Source: an uncultured delta proteobacterium (GTDB lineage Bacteria > Desulfobacterota > Syntrophorhabdia > Syntrophorhabdales > WCHB1-27). Taken from it: a stretch of 64,000 nucleotides of DNA. Each line of letters starts with the position of its first letter. Positions within the stretch are counted from its first letter, which is position 1. The notes beneath the pieces are model-generated. The model made no database searches. It had not been told where the DNA came from and was given only the letters and a program-made list of their open reading frames with translations. Location: positions 65,748 through 129,747 of the forward strand of contig CAWGRP010000015.1 in assembly GCA_963825005.1 (NCBI GenBank), written 5' to 3'. Shown piece after piece: positions 39,086-46,890 of this stretch. Both the position numbers and the translations under genes were made by a program.

Positions 39086-39525
39086 ATGATATGATCTTAC
39101 GCCTGGTGAGCCTGAAGGCCAAAGGGTTCTGCTGCGCTCAGGCCATCTTGATACTCGGACTGGAAGCGCAAGGTAAGGTTAACGTCGATCTGGTGAGATC
39201 CATGGCCGGCCTCTGTTACGGTATCAACTGGAGCGGCGAAGTCTGCGGAGCTCTCTCCGGGGGCGCCTGTCTTCTCTCGCTTTACTCAGGTAAGGGTACC
39301 TACCAGGAGGCGGCCAGCGACCAGCACACGAAAATGTTAGGCGAACTCGTGGAATGGTTTACGAGAGCGGCCGACGACCAGTACGGCGGCACGCGCTGCC
39401 ACGAAATTCTGGAAAAATTCCCCGATCGTAGTATGTGCGCCAAGATCGCAGCAGACACTTACAAGAAGTGTATGGATATCCTCGTGAGCCATGGGTTCGA
39501 TCCTGCTGTCGCCAAGGGGGAGTGA
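39082..39525 (+). CDS. C_GCAxxG_C_C family protein
   Basis: KGFCCAQAIL..., EVCGALSGGACLL, ...TRCHEIL...SMCAKIAADTYKKCMDIL (family-defining Cys pattern). Confidence 0.8.
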   Translation: MNDMILRLVSLKAKGFCCAQAILILGLEAQGKVNVDLVRSMAGLCYGINWSGEVCGALSGGACLLSLYSGKGTYQEAASDQHTKMLGELVEWFTRAADDQYGGTRCHEILEKFPDRSMCAKIAADTYKKCMDILVSHGFDPAVAKGE

Positions 39526-39530
39526 TCTTC

Positions 39531-40949
39531 ATGGATCAGGCGTACCCAAGTGACACCGAAAGTCTCTGCCCCGTGTGCCTCAGGAGAATTAAAGCAACAC
39601 GACTGCTCCGGGGAGACGAGGTGTCTCTCGTCAAGACATGCGGACATCACGGTTCCTTCAGCACCGTGATATGGCGCGGAGAGCCATCCATGGCACAATG
39701 GCAGAGAGCGAAGGATACTGTTCATCCAGACCTTTGCTACGGTACAGTTGAAAAGGGCTGCCCTTTCGACTGCGGCCTCTGCGCCGCCCATGAGCAGCTT
39801 CCCTGTTCAGTGCTGCTTGAGGTGACCGATCGCTGTAACTTGCGTTGCCCGGTCTGCTTCGCAGATTCTGGCTCAGCACCAAAACAAGAACCTTCATTAG
39901 AGAAGATCTCGTGGCTGCTTGAACGGGCAATGGCCTCCGCAGGACCGACCAATCTCCAGCTGTCGGGGGGTGAACCCACGCTGCGCGAGGATCTTCCCCA
40001 GATCGTGGAACGCGCGCGGCGCGTCGGCTATTCGTTCATTCAGCTCAATACAAACGGTCTCCTTCTTGCCTCTGATAGAAGCTACGCAAGAAGGCTCCAT
40101 GATGCCGGTCTGTCATCGGTCTTCCTTCAGTTCGATGGCGTGGACGATACTGTCTACCAGGCTCTGCGAGGGCGAGTCCTCTTTGAAGAAAAACTGAAGG
40201 CCATCCGGAACTGCGGGGAGAGCGGTCTTGGTGTTGTGTTAGTCCCCACACTGGTGGCAGGAGTAAACACCGGATCCATTGGCGCGATACTACGCCAAGC
40301 CCTGCACTTGGCACCTGTCGTGCGTGGCATTCATTTCCAGCCGGTGAGCTATTTCGGCCGCTTTCCGACCAAGGGTGGCGATCAAGATCGGTTCACGCTC
40401 CCGGAACTGATGAGAAGCCTTGAGGAACAGACAGAAGGCTTGGTCAGGGTAGCGGACTTTTCTCCTCCTGGCTGCGAGCATGCTCATTGCTCCTTCCACG
40501 CTACGTATGTGCGCTCCGCCAGGGGCGAATTGAAAGCACTAGGTGCGGCTAAGGATGATAGCTGCTGTTCGGCAGGGGTAAATACAGGAGGAGTAAGGAA
40601 AACGGTAGAGACAGTCTCACGCCGTTGGAGCTTGCCTTCCACATCGGCAACCGTCAAGGGGTTTATGTTGAAAGACGGGGCCGCAGCCTCCTGCTGCGAT
40701 CAGAGCAAACCTGACGCGGCGCGACACGACGGCGCTCTTGATCTGGATCTTTTTCTCCAGGAAGTCGCCTTACGAAGTTTTACCATATCTGCCATGGCTT
40801 TCCAGGATGCGGACAACCTCGATATGGAAAGGCTCAAGGGCTGCTGCATATCAGTCATATCTCCCGACGGCAGGCTGATCCCGTTCTGCGCGTATAATCT
40901 CACCAGCAGAGACGGAAGGAGTCTCTATCGCCGGCGAAACGGGTCATGA
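39531..40949 (+). CDS. radical SAM enzyme with N-terminal zinc ribbon and Cys-rich C-terminal extension
   Basis: CPVCLRR...CGHHG ribbon; GCPFDCGLC; radical SAM motif DRCNLRCPVCFA; SGGEPTL; C-terminal FTISAMAFQDADNLDMERLKGCCISV..DGRLIPFCAYN. Confidence 0.8.
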   Translation: MDQAYPSDTESLCPVCLRRIKATRLLRGDEVSLVKTCGHHGSFSTVIWRGEPSMAQWQRAKDTVHPDLCYGTVEKGCPFDCGLCAAHEQLPCSVLLEVTDRCNLRCPVCFADSGSAPKQEPSLEKISWLLERAMASAGPTNLQLSGGEPTLREDLPQIVERARRVGYSFIQLNTNGLLLASDRSYARRLHDAGLSSVFLQFDGVDDTVYQALRGRVLFEEKLKAIRNCGESGLGVVLVPTLVAGVNTGSIGAILRQALHLAPVVRGIHFQPVSYFGRFPTKGGDQDRFTLPELMRSLEEQTEGLVRVADFSPPGCEHAHCSFHATYVRSARGELKALGAAKDDSCCSAGVNTGGVRKTVETVSRRWSLPSTSATVKGFMLKDGAAASCCDQSKPDAARHDGALDLDLFLQEVALRSFTISAMAFQDADNLDMERLKGCCISVISPDGRLIPFCAYNLTSRDGRSLYRRRNGS

Positions 40950-40953
40950 CCTG

Positions 40954-42285
40954 ATGATCGCCATCACTCCACTTGAGCAATGGATCAGAAGAAAAGCGCA
41001 TATCACCTCAGAATTGGAAGGCCGTTCCTTTCTGAAAGCGCTTTCAGATTACCAGCTCCAGCGAGTGAACGAAACCATCAGCTACGCACGTCACAACAGC
41101 GCTTTTTACAGGCGTCATCTGGCTTCTTGCGCGACTGCGCCCCTGGCTACTCTTTCAGACATCGATCAAATTCCTTTTACCACTGCTTCAGATCTGACCC
41201 GAGATCCCTTTCGTTTCCTCGCGGTTCGTCAGGACGATGTAGCACGAATTGTCACTCTCCGCACATCAGGGAGCACAAGTGATCCCAAGCGCCTCTTTTT
41301 TTCTGACGACGATCTGGAGCTGACGATTGACTTCTTTCATCACGGCATGTCGACTATCGTTCGACCGGGGCAGAAAGTAGCAGTACTCCTTCCCAGCGAA
41401 CAAACCGACAGCGTGGGAGATCTTCTTATCAGGGGCCTTGGAAGAATGGACGTTGCCGCCCTTGCGTACGGGCCTGTCAAGGATCCTCTCCAGGCCATCC
41501 GCGACGTTGCCTCTTTTGGCGCCGATTGCGTGGTGGGTATCCCAACGCAGGTGCTCGCAATGGCCCGCTCATCACTGGGGCCGATCGGGAAAGGCTGCAT
41601 AGAAAGCGTTCTTTTGAGCACGGACTATGTCCCGCACGCGATCGTACGATCTCTGGAGGAGGTCTGGGGTTGCAGAGTATTCAATCATTACGGTATGACC
41701 GAGATGGGACTCGGAGGCGGGGTAGAGTGTGAGGCACTTGACGGATATCACCTCAGGGAGGGAGATCTCTACTTCGAGGTGGTCGATCATGAAACAGGCG
41801 CCAGGTGTCCCGACGGTGTGATGGGCGAGGTAGTCTTTACGACCCTCACGAGACGAGCCATGCCTCTCGTACGATACAGGACCGGCGACATGGGGCGGAT
41901 TATCCGCGAGTCCTGCCCCTGCGGCAGCGCTCTGAGGAGGATGGAGCGCGTCAAGGGCAGGTGGGATGGCGCTTTTCGCCTGGGTCCTGAATCTACTCTG
42001 ATGCTCTCCGATATGGATGAAGCGCTGTTCCGGCTTCCGGACCTGCTCGATTACCGGGTTACACTCTCAGAATGCAAGGACGGAAGGTTCCGGCTTCATA
42101 TCGATGTATGCAGGGCAGAAGATGGCAACACAACTTCCCGCGAAATCCTGCAAATGCTCAGCGAGGTCGACGCGATACAAAAAGCTATTACCACTGCGAA
42201 CCTGGAGATACCCCTCGTGCGTTTCTCGGAAGAGGGACGCTCGACCAGTAATGGCGTAGTGAAAAGAAAGCTACGTTGTGTATAA
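40954..42285 (+). CDS. PaaK / coenzyme-F390-synthetase-type adenylate-forming ligase
   Basis: 443 aa; RTSGSTSDPKRLFFS (AMP-binding P-loop), NHYGMTEMG, YRTGDMGR, C-terminal small domain. Confidence 0.8.
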   Translation: MIAITPLEQWIRRKAHITSELEGRSFLKALSDYQLQRVNETISYARHNSAFYRRHLASCATAPLATLSDIDQIPFTTASDLTRDPFRFLAVRQDDVARIVTLRTSGSTSDPKRLFFSDDDLELTIDFFHHGMSTIVRPGQKVAVLLPSEQTDSVGDLLIRGLGRMDVAALAYGPVKDPLQAIRDVASFGADCVVGIPTQVLAMARSSLGPIGKGCIESVLLSTDYVPHAIVRSLEEVWGCRVFNHYGMTEMGLGGGVECEALDGYHLREGDLYFEVVDHETGARCPDGVMGEVVFTTLTRRAMPLVRYRTGDMGRIIRESCPCGSALRRMERVKGRWDGAFRLGPESTLMLSDMDEALFRLPDLLDYRVTLSECKDGRFRLHIDVCRAEDGNTTSREILQMLSEVDAIQKAITTANLEIPLVRFSEEGRSTSNGVVKRKLRCV

Positions 42286-42295
42286 GTAAATATAA

Positions 42296-42503
42296 CGGTG
42301 GTTGATAGTCAAGGATATTTCTATCCGCATCAGGAGAAAATTATGGAAGCTCTCCAGTCCGATGTGGTACTGTCAACGGGCGGCGTATCGATGGGGAAGT
42401 ACGATTTCGTTAAAGATACGTATTCCGATCTGGATGTCGAGATGTGGAACTGAATGCAGGAGAGAAAGTCGCTATTCAATTGATCGATCATGACGAGATA
42501 TAG
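42296..42503 (+). pseudogene. moeA: moeA relic (about 50 codons of domain III plus about 20 codons of the C-terminal domain; the rest deleted)
   Basis: Own translation: ..HQEKIMEALQSDVVLSTGGVSMGKYDFVKDTYSDLDVEMWN* (frame 1). It is then joined out of frame to ..ELNAGEKVAIQLIDHDEI*. The canonical MoeA GGVSxGxxD motif is present. Confidence 0.6.
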
Positions 42504-42536
42504 GCAGGGCATTATGTTTTTCGGAACGAGGCCATC

Positions 42537-43778
42537 ATGAAAGAAATGTCTCTTGGTTTAGCCGAGGCGTTGCGAATGACGCTCCAGGCCATAAGCCCGC
42601 TTCCCGCCGAGAGCGTTTCCCTGGTTGAAAGTGTAGACCGGGTGGCTGCCTCAGACCTTTACGCACTCGTGGATTCCCCCTCCACGGATGTCTCCCTCAA
42701 AGATGGCTATGCAGTGCTATCCCGTGACATAGACCATGCGACTCCCGAAAATCCGGTGCGGCTGCCGCTCATTGGTTCTATAGCCGCAGGAAGTGCAACG
42801 GAGATTCAGATCAGGCCGGGGACGGCGGTAAGGGTATTGTCAGGAGCACGCATCCCTTCCGGTGCTGACGCTGTGGTGGCCGAAGAATTTGTTAAACGGC
42901 CGGATGGTAATCTGCAGGATGTGCTGGTAGAGACCTTTGCTGAACCCGGAAGGAATATCCTGCCGCGCGCCAGTGACGTGGCATTGCGGGAATGTATTCT
43001 CCGGTCAGGCCAACCAATATCGCCGGCCATGGCCGGTCTTCTCGCCGCTGCGGGACACAGCGCGATACCTGTCTTCAGAAATCCGGTCGTGGGGATTATC
43101 GGAACCGGGGACGAAATCGTTGAGGCGGGCGAGCCTGCCGCGGAAGGCAAGCTCTATGCGAGTAATATCGTTACCGTGGCAGGGTGGTGCAAGAAATATA
43201 ACATGGAACCTCACATGATAGTTAGCCGAGATGATCCTGATGCCATCTTGAGCGCTCTGAAAACCGTCTCCGACGAGACGGACGCTGTGATAACGAGCGG
43301 AGGGGCGTGGACTGGAGACCACGACGTAGTGGCCAGGGTGCTTAAAGAAATCGGATGGAAACAGGTCTTCCACCGCATCCGCATAGGGCCGGGCAAGGCA
43401 GTCGGCTTCGGCATGCTGCATAAGAAACCGGTTTTTATTCTGCCTGGCGGGCCTCCCTCGAATCTGATGGCTTTTCTGCAGATCGCCTTGCCCGGCCTCC
43501 TTGCACTCTCCGGCCACAAAGAGCAGGGCTTGCCCGTAATTAATGCAAGGCTCGCCTCCGAACTCAAAGAGGGTGATCCCGCGTGGACCGATTTTTTCTT
43601 CGGCATTGTTGAATCTACTGAAGGACTGCCGATTTTTCACCCTATGAAAAAGCGCACGCGATTGAGCTTGATCGCCGAGGCTACGGCAATCGCGTCGATA
43701 CCGGAAGGAGAAGATTCTCTACCGGAGGGATCCGTGATTACTATTCAATTACTGAAGCAGACAGTCGGTGGATGTTGA
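42537..43778 (+). CDS. moeA: molybdopterin molybdenumtransferase MoeA paralogue (divergent)
   Basis: 413 aa; SLKDGYAV, RVLSGARIPSGADAVV, IIGTGDEIV, SGGAWTGDHD (variant of GGVSxGxxD), IGPGKAVGFG, FILPGGPPS. Confidence 0.85.
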   Translation: MKEMSLGLAEALRMTLQAISPLPAESVSLVESVDRVAASDLYALVDSPSTDVSLKDGYAVLSRDIDHATPENPVRLPLIGSIAAGSATEIQIRPGTAVRVLSGARIPSGADAVVAEEFVKRPDGNLQDVLVETFAEPGRNILPRASDVALRECILRSGQPISPAMAGLLAAAGHSAIPVFRNPVVGIIGTGDEIVEAGEPAAEGKLYASNIVTVAGWCKKYNMEPHMIVSRDDPDAILSALKTVSDETDAVITSGGAWTGDHDVVARVLKEIGWKQVFHRIRIGPGKAVGFGMLHKKPVFILPGGPPSNLMAFLQIALPGLLALSGHKEQGLPVINARLASELKEGDPAWTDFFFGIVESTEGLPIFHPMKKRTRLSLIAEATAIASIPEGEDSLPEGSVITIQLLKQTVGGC

Positions 43779-43807
43779 TCTTTGACGTGGCAAAGGGCCG
43801 GAAGTAA

Positions 43808-44269
43808 GTGCTGATGCAGAACCTTACGACCAGAGGAACAGTAGAAGCCATCTGGATTAAGAGAGGTAAAGGTGAGCCCATGGATTCGGTTCCATCGGCC
43901 AAGCTCATTGCCGGGCGAGGTATTGCCGGCAACGCCGACCAGGGCGGGAAAAGGCAGGTTACCATAATCGAGCAAGAGGTCTGGGATCAATTAATGGAGC
44001 AGGTCGGAGGCTCACAACCTGCAAGCGCGCGACGCGCTAACCTCATGGTCAGTGGCATCCGCCTCGTCGACAGCCAGGACAGGATTCTACGAGTGGGCTC
44101 CTGCCGGATAAGAATACACGGAGAGACAAAACCGTGCCGAAGGATGGAGGATACAGTTGAAGGATTGCGGGGAGCAATGGAGGACGGAGGATGGAAGGGC
44201 GGTGCTTATGGAGAAGTGATTGAGGGTGGAGAAATATCAGTCGGCGATCCGGCCTTCTGGGAAGAATAG
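43808..44269 (+). CDS. MOSC-domain protein (Moco sulfurase C-terminal domain family)
   Basis: ~150 aa; RQVTIIEQE, ARRANLMVSG, RIHGETKPCRRME (conserved Cys). Confidence 0.75.
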   Translation: MLMQNLTTRGTVEAIWIKRGKGEPMDSVPSAKLIAGRGIAGNADQGGKRQVTIIEQEVWDQLMEQVGGSQPASARRANLMVSGIRLVDSQDRILRVGSCRIRIHGETKPCRRMEDTVEGLRGAMEDGGWKGGAYGEVIEGGEISVGDPAFWEE

Positions 44270-44500
44270 TAACACGAGAAAGCTCTTTCGCGTGTAACAT
44301 CGAAGATAGTTTCTGATCGGCGCATCACCTTATCCCGTGAGTCTGGCAACCTTGAACAGGCGCGGCGCAGGTCCTATATTAAGCGCGAGGGGGTGAAGAT
44401 CATGCACATATCACGTCTGCAATTCCTGAAGGCATGCGTATCGGCCCGGGCTGCTTATCGCTAACAAAGACAGGATCGGGTTATAACAAGGAGCATAGTC

Positions 44501-44833
44501 ATGGCTGAATATTATGAGAAGAAGGATCTTGAAGATTTCGTAAACATCGGGGAGTACGCGCCGGAATTAGGAAAGAAATATTTCGACTATTACGGCGAGG
44601 CCATGAAGGCGGGTGCGCTCAGCGAGCGGGAAAAGACGCTCATTGCGCTGGTGGTGGCGACGACGCAGAAATGCCCGTACTGCATCGACGCGTACACGAA
44701 CCAGTGTTTATCTCTGGGCATAACGCGGCAGGAAATGATGGAAGCCGAGCACGTAGGCGCGGCCATGGTGGCAGGCATCGTACTGGCTCACACCACGCAG
44801 ATGCGCAAAATAGTCAAGAAGAAGGAGATGTGA
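44501..44833 (+). CDS. AhpD-like / carboxymuconolactone-decarboxylase-family CxxC protein (the type paired with ArsS-like radical SAM enzymes)
   Basis: SD AAGGAG; 110 aa; LSEREKTLIALVVATTQKCPYCIDAY. Confidence 0.75.
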   Translation: MAEYYEKKDLEDFVNIGEYAPELGKKYFDYYGEAMKAGALSEREKTLIALVVATTQKCPYCIDAYTNQCLSLGITRQEMMEAEHVGAAMVAGIVLAHTTQMRKIVKKKEM

Positions 44834-44835
44834 GC

Positions 44836-45783
44836 GTGAGTTTTTCCTTCGCAGATCGGGTATCACCACCGCTTACGGCTGAGGAGATCAGTATTCTCCA
44901 GGTCAATGTCGGGTACCGTTGCAACCTGGCGTGCAGGCATTGCCATATCAACGCGGGCCCGCAGCGGCGCGAGATGATGTCGAAGGAGGTAATGGAGCAG
45001 TGCCTCAGGATCCTGAAGAGTCATCCCATACCCGCAATCGATATTACGGGCGGGAGTCCCGAGATGCATCCCCGGATCGAATGGTTCCTCAAGGAGTGCG
45101 CGGCTCTGAAGCGTCGGCTGCTCGTGAGAACGAACGGAGTGATTCTGCTGGAGAAGGATTACGAATCTTTCATCGATCTTTACGCCGACAATCGGATAGA
45201 GGTCGTGATATCCTTGCCGCACATGGATCCTCATGTGACGGACCGCCAGAGGGGAGAGGGTGTCTTCCCGAAACTGATTGAGGCGATCCGCAGGCTCAAC
45301 GTGCGAGGCTACGGGCAGTCCGGGAGCGGTCTTCTCCTCGATCTGGTCCATAACCCCGGCGGTGCGTACCTGCCCGGTTCACAGGCCGCACTGGAGGCTT
45401 CGTATCGCCGTACACTCGAGGCCAGGCACGGGGTTACATTTAATCATCTCTTCTGTATAACGAATATGCCGATCGGCCGTTATCTGGATTACCTGTGGAA
45501 GACGGACAATTACGAGGAGTACATGACAGCCCTGGTGAATGCTTTCAATCCAGCCGCCCTGGGCAAGGTGATGTGCAGGACAACGCTTTCCGTTGCCTGG
45601 GATGGAAGACTCTACGACTGCGACTTCAATCAGGTGCTTGGTCTCCCCATCTGTCACAGCGCTCCCGGCCATGTTTCCGCCTTTGACCTGCACGAACTGG
45701 CGCACCGCCGGATATCAACCGGCGACCACTGTTACGGCTGCACTGCGGGCGCGGGAAGTTCGTGCCAGGGAGAAGTTGCCTGA
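44836..45783 (+). CDS. ArsS-type radical SAM / Cys-rich-domain protein
   Basis: GTG start about 8 nt after GGAG; VGYRCNLACRHCH; ITGGSPEMHP; C-terminal DHCYGCTAGAGSSCQG motif. Confidence 0.8.
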   Translation: MSFSFADRVSPPLTAEEISILQVNVGYRCNLACRHCHINAGPQRREMMSKEVMEQCLRILKSHPIPAIDITGGSPEMHPRIEWFLKECAALKRRLLVRTNGVILLEKDYESFIDLYADNRIEVVISLPHMDPHVTDRQRGEGVFPKLIEAIRRLNVRGYGQSGSGLLLDLVHNPGGAYLPGSQAALEASYRRTLEARHGVTFNHLFCITNMPIGRYLDYLWKTDNYEEYMTALVNAFNPAALGKVMCRTTLSVAWDGRLYDCDFNQVLGLPICHSAPGHVSAFDLHELAHRRISTGDHCYGCTAGAGSSCQGEVA

Positions 45784-45932
45784 TGACGGGCGGGATTGAA
45801 CTTTCGCGCTTGCCTTTTTCGCGCACCAATACCGTAGTTCTTGTGCGGCAGAAAGAAACGGATGCTCAAAGGTGGAATGAAGAAGGTGCGGCGAAGGTGT
45901 TGCGGATTTCCTGAGGGACAGGGCAGGGGAAT

Positions 45933-46817
45933 TTACGCTTTTCCGATATCGTTCCCCATTATTTTCCAGAATATCTCTTCCATTTCAGAAGTCAGGTGTG
46001 CCGTCCCTTCCGCATCCATGGATCGGATACGCATGTCGTACACGTTCTCAAGTTGAGGCAGCAGGATCTTAACCTCCGTGGAATTTTCAACTTTTTCCTC
46101 GACCATTTTACGCTGTTCCAGGGCCTTTTCGAAATCTTGCTTATCGACCGGTATATTGTAAAGCATGTTCAAGATCTCCATCAGCCTCAACTTTCCCAGG
46201 TAATCTTCCTCAAGCACAACGTACTGCGGCAGAGAGGCGATGAAGACGAGTGTCTCAATGCCTGATTCGGCTGCCTTTTGTGTGATCAGGTTCGCCATGG
46301 TGGAAGGGCCGTGATACGTGATGGGCAGCGCTCCCACTCTTTTCACTTCCTGGCGTGCGGTCTCCCCCATGCCGTATCCGCTGACCAGCAGCGGCCGGGT
46401 GTGGGGTACGGTATCGTACATGCTTCCAAGAAGAATATATCTCTTCGCCTTGAACGTTGTGAGAAGTTTCAAGACGGAACTGATATAGTACTCTGCATGG
46501 ACATGCGGTTCCAGGAGCCTCAGCAGGAGCAGATCGTTCTGTCCTTCCCTTTTCGCAAGATGGATTGAAGTATTGGGAATGGAGAAGTCGCGGATGCCCT
46601 CTTCGATGTGGACAGTGGGCCGGTACCTCGTAAAGTCGTAGAAGTTTCCCGGCTTAGCCAGTGTGCCCAGCTCCACGGCCTCGAATCGTGACTCCAATTC
46701 GTTGAGGACAAGGGTCCCGACATTGTTGACGTCGATCCAGGGGCGAAGCGTGGCCACAACGTACGGCTCATTGCACTCAGGCAACGGTTCCAGCAACTGA
46801 AATCCACCTATTCTCAC
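45933..46817 (-). CDS. PAC2-family protein
   Basis: 294 aa; GGGAGG + GTG start; N-terminal ..YVVATLRPWIDVNNVGTLVLNELE.. and overall pattern typical of bacterial PAC2 (proteasome-assembly-chaperone-like) proteins. Confidence 0.6.
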   Translation of the reverse strand: MRIGGFQLLEPLPECNEPYVVATLRPWIDVNNVGTLVLNELESRFEAVELGTLAKPGNFYDFTRYRPTVHIEEGIRDFSIPNTSIHLAKREGQNDLLLLRLLEPHVHAEYYISSVLKLLTTFKAKRYILLGSMYDTVPHTRPLLVSGYGMGETARQEVKRVGALPITYHGPSTMANLITQKAAESGIETLVFIASLPQYVVLEEDYLGKLRLMEILNMLYNIPVDKQDFEKALEQRKMVEEKVENSTEVKILLPQLENVYDMRIRSMDAEGTAHLTSEMEEIFWKIMGNDIGKA

Positions 46818-46890
46818 GGAAAATTCCTCCCGTACGATTATCTCAACACATTACCACAAGACGGAAGATTTATCATGTTTTCCATGGCAT

